From Octopus sinensis (lineage: Eukaryota), in NCBI RefSeq assembly GCF_006345805.1, contig NC_043005.1:91078001-91142000 (forward strand): a stretch of DNA of 64,000 nt, in the 5' to 3' direction. Both the position numbers and the translations under genes were made by a program. Shown here piece by piece: positions 1 to 13,197 of the stretch (position 1 is the stretch's first letter; each line of letters starts with the position of its first letter). The notes under the pieces are model-generated. The model did no database searches. It was not told the DNA's origin and saw nothing but the letters and a program-made list of their open reading frames with translations.

Positions 1-484
1 CTTGTCTTGTGAGTTATTTGATGATCTCACTAGTGCTGGTATCATATAGAAAGTACCAGTACACTCTATAAGGTTGTTGGTGAAGGGCATCCCACTGTAC
101 AAACCATATCAAAGCAAATACTGGCACTCAAATCAAACTTCTGGCTCATCAGATCCCGAAAGTTGGAAACAATTATCAGATGGAGAAAACTGCAATATTT
201 TGGCCATGTTATCAGCACCCAAAACATCTGTGCCTTTTCCACAAGAGCTGGAAGAACAGAAAATATTGCGAGAAACAAAGGACACTGACAGGGTGTCTGC
301 AGCACGTCACCAGTGTGTAGTGAGGATTGGCTGTGTCTGAGGCTCTCTCAACCTTCATTGATGAGGATGGGGGTATTGATTCCTTCATTCATTCATATAG
401 TGTATGTGTGTACATATATATGTATATATTATGTATATGTACGTATATATGCATATATTATGTGTGTGTACATATATATATATA

Positions 485-780
485 TCACGTGATCACGTGA
501 CCAACCAGACCATCAGATGTTGTTATACATTTCTGGTCACCATGCGTTCGCATAGTTTTAGCCTTCGAATGACGCCACCCCCACTGGCTAAGCGAGCAGG
601 CCAACAGAAGAAAGAGTGGGAGAAAGAGTGGTGAATGAGTACAGCAGGGATCACCACACCCTGCCAGAGCCTCATGGAGCTTTTAGGTGTTTTCGCTCAA
701 TAAACACTCACAACGCCCGGTCTGGGAATCGAAACTGCGAGTCATCCGCTGCCCTAACCACTGGGTTATTGCGCTTCCAC
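485..780 (-). mobile_element. tRNA-derived SINE, shared head/core with tail type A (ends ...CACGTGATCACGTGA)
   Basis: Head (minus) GGAAGCGCAATAACCCAGTGGTTAGGGCAGCGGA...TTCGATTCCC; core shared with copies at 21748 and 63381. Confidence 0.85.
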
Positions 781-879
781 ATATATATATATATATATAT
801 ATATATACGCGAGAAGTTGAGGTTATATATAATGGCACCATCATATATATATATATATCATCATCTTCATCGTCATTTA

Positions 880-1500
880 ACGTCTGCTTTCCATGCTAGC
901 ATGGGTTGGACGGTTTGACTGTGGGCTGGCGAACCAGATGGCTGCATCAGGCTCCAGTCTTGATCTGGCAGAGTTTCTACAGCAGGATGCCCTTCCTAAC
1001 GCCAACTACTCTGAGAGTGTAGTGGGTGCTTTTACGTGCGACCAGCATGGGGGCCAGTCAGGCGGTACTGGCAACGATCTCGCTCGAATTTTTTACACAT
1101 GGCAATGGCACAAGTTCCAGTAAGGTGATACTGGTAACGATCCCGCTCGCATGGTGCCTCCTACATGCCACCAGCACAGAAGCCAGTTAGCCGCTCTGGC
1201 AATGATCACGCTCAGATGGTGCTCATAGCACCCTACTAGCATAGGGCACAAGTGCCAGTAAGGTGAAGCTGGCAACGATCACACTCGAATGGTGCCTTTT
1301 ATGTGCCACTGGCACGGAAGCCAGTTAGCCGCTCTGGCAACGATGACGCTCGTATGGTGCTCGTGCCCGTCATCGAATTTCACTTTGATTTTGATTTGGA
1401 TTTCACTTGCCTCAACAGGTCTTCGTAAGCAGAGTTTAGTGTCCAAAGAAGAAAGAGGTACGCACAAATGTGCTGGTTATGCCCCTGGCACAGGCCATGA
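880..1500. repeat. Interspersed repeat (GGATGCCCTTCCTAACGCCAAC family) with internally duplicated ~140-bp subunits
   Basis: Subunit repeats at ~1110-1250 and ~1255-1370; reverse-oriented degenerate fragment at ~25-110. Confidence 0.6.
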
Positions 1501-4479
1501 GGTTATGGTCTCATTTGGCTTGCCGATATATATATATATATATATATATACACATCTTTCTTTATGTGATTGTTTAATAGTGGTTTTTCTCTAAATTTTA
1601 TACATATATTATATATTGTGAAATTTGATTTCAAATTGTTAAATTGAATTTTTCCCTGTAAGTTTTGGAATTATATATATATATATATATATTGTGTGTC
1701 TGGGTGTCTTTCCTGTCACTAACTTTTTTTTATTTGTTTTCCAGTCGTATCTGGTGCCTCTGATTTCTGAATTCACATTTAGTCGATAAAATACACATCA
1801 GTAATATATTCGAAACAATCCAATTGACAATGATCTAAGCCTTTTAATGTTATTTTGGGATTTTTTTTATTTTTCGCTTTTCATTTTATTTTCATTTATT
1901 TATTGTTAATGTAAACGATTCATTCTTGTTACATTGCCTAGAACAAATATATGAGAGAGAGTAACATTTGACGTAAAGAGGGAAAAACTCGAATTCGAAG
2001 AAATGAATGATGGCCTGTATCAAGAAAAACAAAAGAAAGAAAAATAAAAAAAGCCAATACTGTTCTGGCTTAAATGCCAAACTTGCATTTCACGACACGA
2101 AGTCATCTTTCACTGCAAATTCTGTTGAAAACACCACACAACTTCATTGTTTGGTTCTTTCATGAAACGAAGTTGATTGATACTTAGAAATGAAAATTCC
2201 TCAGTATTTTCTATCTATAAAAATCTTTGTGACTACACTATCTGCTTTTTCTGTCTATTTTACTGCAGTTACAATATTTACGCTTCTCTAACCCAGGTAG
2301 CCACATGCCATATGATCCATCCAACCCAGAATGTTCTGTTCGTCTTTCTCTTGTCACTCGTTGGCTGCATGCCTTACCCACCCGGAACACATTCGTTTCT
2401 CCTTAATGTGTCTCACTACTCTATAAACACTTTCATTCGCAAAAGACCAAACCCCTGAAAATTCCTTCTTAATTCAATGTTTTTCCCACAAATATTCAAG
2501 CTGGACAACTACATCGATCTCACCTGTTTGTGGGGAGTTGCAAAGATCAAATTTAACGATTCGCTTTCACTTTAGTTACTTGGTTAGCTATGATAAAAGT
2601 GAAAATAAAATGCTAAACTCAATAATTTTCAATTTAATTATTACACCCAGTGAGATTAAATTAATAGGGTTGTGTCAGACCACCAGCGGATAGATCGAGG
2701 GTTCGTATCTTCTCACCAGTTTTGACACTAGCAGATATGTCCAGTCTACTTAGCTATAAATAAATATATAGTGAAAAAGGGTAAAGACCTCCTTTGGTCA
2801 TGAATGACCATGGGATTGCACCTAGAAAGTTACATTCCGAGGTACGGTTGTTTTAGGAAGACTAGCAGTCACCCATGCATACCTGCACCACCACTCCCTC
2901 TCCATGCCACCGATGTTTTCAACATTGTTAGCCCGAGGAGATTCTTACCACTGAGCCATGCGCCTTCACATTAAATAAACAGTAATACAGAAACATTTTT
3001 TTAATGTACGCAGAGTGCGTGAATAACTTGAAGAAAGATAGGCTCCACTCATTTAACTTGTTTTATGCATAGAAGGCTTCGCTTTTAGTAATGTTCCAAT
3101 GATCCGGTGAGCTACGGGGCCTAATAATGATCGACCTTCCTAAAATTCCTAAAAGAGATTAAAGAGTTTGAATCATGTGAAATTCAAACCATCAAATTTC
3201 TTTTTAATTACGTGTGTGCCTTTTTATTGAATAAATAGAGAAGTTTATCTCACACGAATAAATAAATAGAGTCAATTACCAAATGTTTGTATTTTTGGTT
3301 TGAAATGTTAATGACAGCAAAATTTTGTTAAGAAATGGTGCGATTACTTGACGGGCTCACAATCGTGAGGTAGCGAGTTCGATTCGCGGATCGAGCTGTG
3401 TTGTGTTCTTGAGCAAGACACCATTTCATGTTGCTCCAGTTCACTCAGCTGAAGAAATGAGTTGCGTCGTCTCTGGTGCCGAGCTGTATCAGCTTTTGTC
3501 TTTCCTTTGGATAACCGGTGGTGTGAAGAGGGGAAGCTAATATGCATGAGTGACTACTGGCCTTCCACAAACAACATTACCCGGACTTGTGCCTCGGAGG
3601 GTAACTTTCTAGGTGTAATCCCGTAAGCATTCATGACCAAAGCGACTCTATACCCTTATTTGTACTAACTTTAAGAATTAAAACATTCTATCCCAAGTCG
3701 AAACTAAGTGGCAATCAAAGAGCGTAGAAATTTTTTCATATATTGTGAGTGTAGCGTCTCACCGAAGTATCGGACGAAGCTTCTGGAAAGTGTCTGAGTA
3801 TCCCAGCACCCTATATACTCGCTAATACCCGTTGCAAATCTGTTTTGGAATGCGCAAAATTTGGAGGGGTTATGAAATAACTATCCTTTTAAGTTCGGCA
3901 TACTTTCGATCGCCGTTTTGACAAACCTCATGGAAAAGGAAGATGGTCAGTTATTTCCTTCCTTATATTATTTTTTTATTTCCGTGTTTCTTCCAAAAAG
4001 TTGCAATTCTGAAGGAATTTTTTTTTTTTACATTTTGCGCACCCTCCATGTTGCGGAGTCCATAACGTTCTCCTTGAAAGAACATTAAAATTCACTGGTG
4101 CTATAATCGAGGGAGCGCATATACCTCCTTATTTTATTTATTTACTGTTTACTTCCTAAACTAAAATTTTGCCCATTCTATGTCGCTCGTTATATACGTA
4201 AATATATATATTATTGATAGACAATAAATAAATTTTAATTTAGCAGGTCACAAAAGAATACACCGTGGAGAAAAAATGTTTCACTGTGAAATATGTGGAA
4301 AATCTTGCATTAAAAGTTTTCATCTTGTCGTCCATAAACGTAGTCACACTGTTTTTGTATAGTCGTATGACCTCTCATGCGTAGAACACAAATGAGAAGA
4401 AATTTTATTAGAATTCCAAAACATGAGTTATGAGGGGTTATATGCCACGAATTTTACCCAATTTGCCTTTCGTTTTGAT

Positions 4480-5580
4480 TATTGTGCACAACTTCCCAAT
4501 CATCATTTTTTGAAAGTTGATGAACAAACGATAGTCAGAAGGGGGTAAATCGGGGGAAGAAGGAAGGTGATCAACTAGTTCAAAACCAGGGTCATGCTCA
4601 ACAGCCATTGAAGGCAAGGACGTATGTGTTGGGGCATTGTCTTGATGATACAAAACCCTTTGCATTAGTTTCCCGGGGCATTTGGTCTCGATAGTCTTTT
4701 GTAACTGCTTCAGTAAGATGGTATAATACCCTTCATTGATGGCAGAGCCCGGCTGAAAATAGTCAATAAACACAATGCCTTTTGCATCACAAAGACCTGA
4801 GACTAGCCACTTCCATGCAGATGAAACGATGTTGGACTTCGTTGGAACAGGTGAATAGGTGTGTTTCTACTGCATGGATTATCTTTTTGTCTGAGGCTCA
4901 AAGTGTTTAATCCAACACTCATTGTGGCTTAAGAAAGGTTCAAGGAATTCAGCTGGATCTACTTCAAGCAATTTCGGATTTTAGAATAATGTGATCAGCC
5001 TAGTGTGCTTTTGATCAGGTCTCAGAAGACATGGCACCCACCAAACAGAAACCATTGTTATGCCAAGTGCAGAATATTCTCAAATCTCTCACAGAAAATG
5101 CTAATACCATTGGCTATTTGATTTACAGTCAATCACCCGTCATCCATCACCATGCGGTGAAAATGTTAAATGTTTTCCTTGGTGGTGAAAGTAGCAGGAC
5201 GTCCAGACATTGGGTCCTTTTCAATACTCTCAGTTCGCCTCCTAAATTCAACTGTCCCACTTTTGCACAGTTGATAAAGTTGGAGTATCATCACCTAATA
5301 TAGCAACCGTGTCAGCATGATCACCCTTGGGGAATAATCCATTCTTCTGCACGATGCCATATTTTGTTCATTTTCAAAAGAGGTCGCTACTAGTCACATT
5401 ACAAGTCTTCTTTGAACATTCAGTTGCCAATTTACGTGGAATCAAAAAGTGCAGTTATTAATAAGAAGTGTTGAAATTAATGCATGCTAGATTTTACACG
5501 CTACCGTTTACATTTGCACAAACCTCATTAACTTCATATAACTAATTATCCACATGCTATGGTGGTGAAAAATATCTGAA
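4480..5580 (-). mobile_element. Degenerate mariner (DD34D) DNA transposon
   Basis: ATG at 5371 (MNKIWHRA...), remnants of WVP, ...GIVFIDY, VLYHQDNAPTH and SPDLPPSDY motifs (ORF 4438-4773); multiple frameshifts. Confidence 0.92.
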
Positions 5581-5939
5581 ATGGTACACAAGAACGGATG
5601 CTCAAGAATATATACGCAAGACGGAGATATAGATCAAACTGGACGCAGCAAATCTCGTATTTTCCGAGAGGTCGTCACTTATCTATTGCTTATAACCCAT
5701 CCTCTCTTTCTGCCATGATCTCAATGCCTCTACTCTTATTGGACAATGAGGTAGTGTACCATTGTCCTAAACATTTTACAGGTTTCTTTTAAACCTTTGA
5801 CATGGTTTCACCTGCTATTTTGAACTTCTTCTGATGACCTTTGACAACTGACAGACTGCATTACTTATTAGCTTTAAACCACACTCTTGACCAAGTAATT
5901 AGTCCATCCAGTCTATCCAGGACGATTTGTATATCATTT

Positions 5940-6800
5940 TACTCTCTTGTTATTATTGTTATATCATCAATTAATGCCTTCTCATGTGATTTCACTCGAG
6001 CCATTTCTTCTGATCAATCTGCTGATCTAAGTAGCTTCTCCATAACAAGCTCAAATGACCGATATTGTGCAACCTACAGGTACTTCAATTTCAAGACAAT
6101 CCCACTCTGTTGTGAAATGTTTTGCCATGAACTGCATTTTGAAATTGTTATAGCAGCTCTTCATCAGATAATCTTTTCCAGTATATAAAAGAAGGCCATT
6201 GCTTTCATCAACAACTGATTGGAGCTATCTACTGAGTGGTACAGAACCATAAGCATTAGCCAGATCAAACCATACAACATTCAACTCCTTTTTACTCTCC
6301 TGTCTGTCTTGTGTGCATCCCAGATTGAAAATGCTTGTTCCACACATCCATGAATTCCGGAGTTGTCAGCCTTCTGGACATTTTCCGTCCTATAGACATG
6401 ATTTTGTAGATATGTAGCTGATCCCTTTAGGAAGTAAATCCATGTAAATCTTGTCATCTACAGTGAGGATTGAAACTGGTCTGAATTGACCAATAAATTT
6501 TACTTTAGCTTCTTTTGTTAATTAAACTCTTCTGCCTTGCACCAGGCATCAACAGTTCATTTTTATGCTATAACACTCTAACTGGAAGGTAAAGCTTATA
6601 ACATGATTGTGTACAATACTTGTACACTTTGTCTTTACATGGTATACAAACACCTTCTGGGGCGCTCTTTCCTCTTGTTGAAATCAAGCTGAAATATATG
6701 ATTGCTGCTTTCGATGGTCATTTCAAACTGTCCACAAGTAGGAATGGTTGATCTCACTTTGGGTCACTGTAGGTCTCCTGTATATGGCCATGCAGTCCAT
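5940..6800 (-). mobile_element. Degenerate RT of a Hero/NeSL-like non-LTR retrotransposon
   Basis: Motifs QFRPVSILTVDDKIY, SGIHGCVEQ, VVWFDLANAYGSVP (~6238-6280), GCTISV and ALIDDITII across broken frames. Confidence 0.78.
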
Positions 6801-7459
6801 TTTCAGTATATTTTCCCCTACCATATTTAGTATCTGCAAATGATTTCCTAGTAACCTCATAAGGGTTCTTAGGGATCTCTTCTCTAATTTGTTTACTCTC
6901 GTTTCTTCTGCCAATGTGTCTGATATTTCTTTGCATAAGTTAGAAAGGGAAGTTAATATTCCTGAAGACCAAACAATCTTTCTAGGGTTTTTGGTACAAT
7001 AAAATGTACCCAGGACCCTGTAGAATGTGGTTGGTGTTTGGAAAGACCATGGAAAAGTCGGAATGTTGTAGTGAGATGTGTTCCTCAACCAATGATGGTG
7101 GGTAGTAATTCTGAATAAGAACTGACTTGAATAGTGGCCATCCATCCATCCAATTGATAGGAGGATGGAAATCAGATGATAAATGATGAGGACGATGTCA
7201 TTTATTGTATTGTATCTTGCAGCAAATATTTATCCTGAAGAGAGTGAGACAATGGTTGTCCCAGCAGGAAACCAAAGTCTTCTTCTTGGACAAAGACAGT
7301 GGTTAGTGCAGGTAATGCTAGATTTACTTTCAGTGAAAAAAGATATTACGTTCACACTTGAAACAAATTTCATTGTAACTCTGTGAGATTATGAGAGACA
7401 TCTGCCTAAACAACAACAATAACAGGACACCGCATGCTTCAAAACATTCCCTACTTCTT

Positions 7460-10410
7460 GAAACATATCGAAACGATGTTATCTGCTTCATATTGACATC
7501 GATTGGAAAAAGGGAAAACAACCTATACTATTATGTTGTGTTGTCTAGGAAGGAAACGATTCAATGTATCCATGAGAGACGGGCAAGTTCTTAACCCATT
7601 TAATTGGGTATAAAAATGTTTATAATTATGGCCATCGTTTTCAAAGGGGGATTATATTTATACACTTGTCATGGTAAGAGTTGTTTGTCTTGTCTGAAAG
7701 GGAGGTAACTTGAAAAGAAGTCTTGGTATTTTCACAAATCTTAGATGTTAGTGTTACTTCCCTTACAAAGGAATTTATATTTTTGAATTTTTAAGTGATA
7801 TTTTTGCCTTGGAATATCTGAAATGTGGCTGGAATAACGTATGGACACAAGGGTATGGGGGTGAAGCCGAATCAGACGGTATTAGAACTTGGAACCTAAA
7901 GTCTAACAAAATATAAAATTATCTCATGTATCTTTCTTTAATACATGCACACGTGTTTGTGGATATATCTATATGACTGCATGTGTGTATGTAGTGTATT
8001 GTTTTCGTTAAGGTTGGTGTATGCGTGTACGTGTTTGTGTTGGGCATTTGTACGTGTGCGCGTGTGTGTATTGCGTGTGTATCTATATGTATGTATGTAT
8101 TTTTGTATGTATGTATGTGTATGTATGTATGTATGTACTCTTTCACCACAACTTTCTCTCACTCTTACTTCCTGTTTCTGTTGTACCTATATTTCAAAAG
8201 GGCCGGCCTTGTCACTCTCTGTGTCACGCTGAATATCCCCGAGAACTACGTTAAGGGTACACGTGTCTGTGGAGTGCTCAGCCACTTACACGTTAATTTC
8301 ACGAGCAGGCTGTTCCGTTGATCGGATCAACCGGAACCCTCGTCGTCGTAACCGACGGAGTGCTTCCATGTATGTATGTATGTATGTATGTATGTATGTA
8401 TGTATGTATGTATGTATGTATGTATGTATGTATGTATGTATGTATGTATGTATGTATGTATGTATGTATGTATGCATGCATGTATGTGTCTTAGCGTGAG
8501 GTTTAGTGTTAGGGCTATAGGGTTCGTCGCCTCTTCGTCTTCTTTCTTGTACACGATTACTTCGACACAGGGTCACTTTGCTCGTCTTATATCTGCTACT
8601 AGTCGTTCACCTTGTCGCCTCCATCTCTGTACTTGTTCCTTTCGTGAAGTAGAAGATATCTTGTTATAGATCACGTCCCCTGTTAACAAGTATTCAACCA
8701 TGCCCCATTCCATACTACAATAGGAGAAATATAAGCAAGGGAGGCAACATGTAGCTCTTCTACTGTTAACCAAGGATATAGTAATTTCCCCTTACACATA
8801 TTCGTGAAGATATGTTTACATCATGAAAAGGACTAGTGGTTACATGATAATATCCGTTACCGCATAAGGAGAAGATATTGCTGATACCTCCTGTTATTTA
8901 TGTGTGGTTGAAATGTTTTTACGACCTTGTTTGTGAGATTCAGAAGTAACGAAATGGTGGTTAAAGAAGTAGGAAACAGAACTGTTTCTACTGTCTGTCA
9001 GTGCACTCGATACCGTAATGTTCGCGAATTCGAGAATTCTCCTTCCCCTAGCAGTTACAATTTTATTCGTTGATCATTTTTTGCTTCTAACTCTTGCCTT
9101 GCTTTGTAGACATCACTGCCCATCGGAATGCCTGGCAACAGGCAGCTCCAACGAAAGTCTAATCCGAGAAGGTCCGCCGCCCCGTCATCTCCGCAGCTGG
9201 AACAAGCGAGGAGTGGGCTTTGTTTGAGCTGAGATGTTCAGACTATACACAAGCTAGTGGACGAATGCTGCAACGGGACACTCAAAAAAGATTTCACATG
9301 GACGTTCGGTGCGTTGGCCTCTAGTGATGAGCAAACTGTCCTCACTGACATTACATCCATGTTTGTCTGCGAAGAAAATGTGATGGTCGTTCGTGTGCAG
9401 GAAGGTCAAATGCGCCTGGATCGGGACGAACCTGTTAGAATATTGGCTGTATGTCATCGATGGCAGTGTGCAACCCCAAAGTGGAATGCCTCTTGGACAT
9501 CATAGTTCGCGATGTTCTTAGGAAGGACAAATGCGCCTAGATCGGGACGAACCTGTTAGAATATTGGCTGCATGTCGTCGATGGCAGTGTGCAACCCCAA
9601 AGTGGAATGCCTCTTGGACATCATAGTTCGCGATGTTCTTCTAAGTGCGTCGGAGGACGAGGAGATACGCCTTGACACCATGGGTGACTCCAAGTTAGAC
9701 ATGACATTGGAAGGAGCTCCAAAGTACGTCGATCAAAAGAAAGTGGACAACGCTCAGCCAGCTGTCTTATGGGCCCCAGAACTACCCAATCACTGCGGAT
9801 TTTAGTTCATATAAGAACTAGGAGCTGCAACGCTCGGTCAATAAATCTGACAAACTCCGTGATACACTCACCGCAAACCCCTGCAGTCACTGCAGAAAAC
9901 ATGATAACAGACGTCATGTACAGGAACGCATGCGGAAATGCTCCGCCTACAACCACAAATAAGCTAGGTGTGTCATCCTGTATAATTATGAGAGTGTCTT
10001 CCGCCGATAACTCCGTTTCAACGGCAGGTTCAAATCATTGCAGCCGACACAGAAGACCACAGTTCTGCAATATTCAACAGCCTATGGCTTCTGGTCGACC
10101 TCCCTAACGAATCCTCTACCCAAGCATTAATTCGTGACCACTATGTATATAATGAACCGTGCGATTCCTGGGGAAAAGGTTCTTCCGCCCCCATTCTTTC
10201 TGCCTTCACTGCCTTCGTTTAAGACTACACACTTGCCAGGAAGGCATCAGGTTTTGCATATCAGGGACTACTCCATCATCTGCGAAGTGCACGACCCGTC
10301 TATTTGCTTACATCATTCCTACGATTGACAAAGTTTTTCTTTCCAAGGAAGTGTGTTCCACCCTCATGTTTTTCCTCCCCACTTCTCCAGAATTGAGGAA
10401 AGGTGTGTGA
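7460..10410 (+). mobile_element. Ty3/Gypsy LTR-retrotransposon remnant A: ~1.5-kb upstream (LTR-like) block, gag (~9105-9750) and start of pol region
   Basis: Plus-frame EKVRRPVISAAGTSEEWALF, TFGALASSDEQTVL...ENVMVVRVQ...RLDRDEPVR, EEIRLDTMGDSKLDMTLE and ...ISGTTPS...DKVFLSKEVC match a Gypsy gag/pro family as remembered; many stops. Confidence 0.8.
8136..8366 (+). mobile_element. 5'-truncated SINE with end of shared core and tail type C, inserted in Gypsy block A
   Basis: Begins TACTCTTTCACCACAACTTTCTCTCACTC (shared core); absent from block B; related fragment at ~27165-27330 (-). Confidence 0.8.
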
Positions 10411-10411
10411 A

Positions 10412-11110
10412 TGTAGTCATCCCGATGGAATCATCTCGAACCGATGTTATCTACTTCGTATTGACATCGATTGGAGAAAGGGAAAACAACCTATACTATT
10501 AAGTTCCGTTGTGTAGAAAGGAAACGATTCAATGTATCAATCAGAGAAGGCTAGATTCTTAACCCATTTAATACCCATTTAATCCATCAGAGAAGGCTAG
10601 ATTCTTAACCCATTTAATACCCATTTAATCCTTGCGGTGGAGTACGGCTCCACAAAAATTGGGTATAGAGTAGTATATAATTACTTCCATTGTTTTCAAA
10701 GGGAGATTATATTTAAACAATTGCCAGGCAAGAGTTGCGTTTCTTGTTGCATAAGGGAGGCAATTTGAAGTGTTTGCTGCTTTCCCTAATGCAAGTTGTT
10801 AGAGTTCCTTCCTTTACAATGGGATTTATATTTTTGAATTTGTAAGTGAGACTTTTGCCTTGAAATATTGTAAATGTGTCTTAAATTTGGCAGGTATAAT
10901 GTATGGACCGAAGGGTATGGAAGTGAAGTCGACTCAGAAGGAAATTAAACTCGGAATATATAGTCTGACCAAATACAACTAACTCATATATCTTTCTTTA
11001 AACACACACAAACACTTATGTGTGTGAATCTCTCTATCTCTCTCCATACACACACACACACACACACACATGTATGTATGTACATGTATGTATGTATGTA
11101 TGTATGTATG

Positions 11111-11141
<31 letters not shown>

Positions 11142-12400
11142 GTGTATGTTTGTAAGTATGTATTTATCTGCATGTGTGTGTATGTGTAGTGTTTGCATGA
11201 AGGTGTGTGTATGCGTGTACGTCTGTATGTTGGGCGTGTGTATCTATGTGTTTGTATGTGTGTTTGGTTTAGGGTTAGGGCTATAGAGTTAGTTCTCTCT
11301 TTGTCTTCTTTCTGTTTCGTACACGTTTACTTCGACATAGGTCCACCTTGTTTGTCTTTTATCTGCTACTCGTTATTCACCTTGTCGCCTCCATCTCTGT
11401 ACTTTCCTAATAAGTCTTTTTCGTTTCGTGAAGTAGAAGACATCTTATTATATTGGTAACAAATATTCAATCATGCTCCATTCCCAACTACAATAGGAGA
11501 AATCTAAGCAAGGAAGGCAACATGTAGTTATTCTACTGTGAACTACAGGATATAGCGGTTTCCTGTTACACATATTACTGAAGATATGTTTACATCATGA
11601 ATATGACTATTGGTTACATGATAATATTCAATGTCGCATAAGGAGAAGATATTGCTGATATCTCCTTTTATTTATGTGTGGTTCAAATGTTGTTTTCAAA
11701 TGTTGTTTTTGAGATTCTGAAGTAAAGAAATGGTGATTAAAGAAACAGAACTGTGTCTACTGTATGTCAGTGTATACTGTAATGTTCGAGAATTCGAGAA
11801 TCCTCCTTCCACTAGCAATTACAATTTTATTCGTTGATCCTTTTTTGTCTCTAGCCCCTGCTTTGCTTTATAGACGTCACTGCCCATCAGAATGCCTGGC
11901 AACAGGCCGTTCCAATGAAAGTCTAATCCAAGAAGGTCCGCTGCCCCGTCATCTCTGCAGCTGGAACAAGCGAGGAGTGGGCTTTGTTTGAGCTGAGATG
12001 TTCAGACTACACACAAGCTAGTGGACTTAGGTGTAACGAAGTAGTCTTTCAGCTTAACGAATTCTGCAACGAAACTCTCATAAAAGATTTCACATAGACG
12101 TTCGGCGCGTTGGCCTCCAGCGATGAGCGAGCTGTCCTCACTCACATTAAGTCCATGGTTCTCCGCCAAGAAAATGTGATTGTCGTTTCTGTGCAGGTAC
12201 GGCATATGTGCCTGGATCGGGACGAACCAGTTAGGATATTGGCTGCGTGTCGTAGATTACAGTGAGGTGTCTGCAAATTCAAAGTAGAATGCCTTTGGGA
12301 CGTCATAGTTCGCGATGCTCTTGTAGGTGGGTTGGAGGACTAGGAGATACGCCTTGACACAATGGGTGACTCCAAGTAATACACGACCCTGGAAGAAGGC
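10412..12400 (+). mobile_element. Gypsy remnant B: tandem diverged copy of the same upstream block and gag (~11870-12395), cut by a SINE
   Basis: Colinear with 7460-9720 (roughly 80-85% identity by eye); gag frame KKVRCPVISAAGTSEEW...FQLNEFCNETLIKDFT*TFGALASSDERAVL. Confidence 0.82.
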
Positions 12401-12599
12401 ACTTGTGCAACACGACACGCAGTGGGACTGAACCCGGAACCATGTGGTTGGTAAGCAAGCTACTTACCACACAGCCACTCCTGCACTTATACACATATAT
12501 ACGACGGGCTACTTTCAGTTTCCGACTCCCAAATCTAAGTCTTTGGTCGGCCCAAGGCTATAGTAGAAGACACTTGCCAAAGGTGCCACGTAGTGTGTT

Positions 12600-13123
12600 T
12601 AGGTGCTTTGAAACTTTTGTACGCCGTCTCATGGGAATTTTCCTCTCTCTGGGGATTTTGTTCTTGTGTACAGTGGCCTTTCTCTCTGGGACAATTACGG
12701 ACATGGATTGTTGGAGTCTCATATTGATGTCTGGTGGGGAGGGACATTTAGGCCAGTTTTGTTTGAGGATCTCTTTCTCAATTTGTTTTTAGTTTGCCTT
12801 GTAGAGGTTCAAGCTGGAAGGATTCTGAGAGTTTCTTGTAGACTGCATGTCTATGCTTTCCTTTGGCCCGTGCATGGTCAGCTCTGCCATGTTGTGGTCC
12901 GAGAGTGGCGTCGGTGTCGCTTTCACATTATGGATGGGGTCCGTATTGTTTGTGAGGCGGGGATCCAGTGTGCTACCTGCCCTGGTTGGTTGGAGTATTA
13001 TTTGCTCCATGTACGGAGTGTTTATGGGGTTCAGCGGGGACCTCGCCTGTCCTCGTTCGCATCGTGTCATTCCTGGGAGAGAAAGGCCCTCGGGCCATCT
13101 GACGTTGGGCAAATTGAAGTCTC

Positions 13124-13127
<4 letters not shown>
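12600..13127 (-). mobile_element. LINE (CR1/L2/Jockey-type) AP-endonuclease fragment
   Basis: [10 protein letters not shown]...[14 protein letters not shown]...TPLSDHN in ORF 12789-13298. Confidence 0.85.

Positions 13128-13197
<70 letters not shown>

Noticed and set aside
11820-12400. Long minus-strand frame conserved between the two duplicated blocks (...LGVTHCVKAYLL...DLLGLDFHWNG...)
   Set aside because: It is the antisense shadow of the plus-strand Gypsy gag frame, which carries the recognisable motifs.
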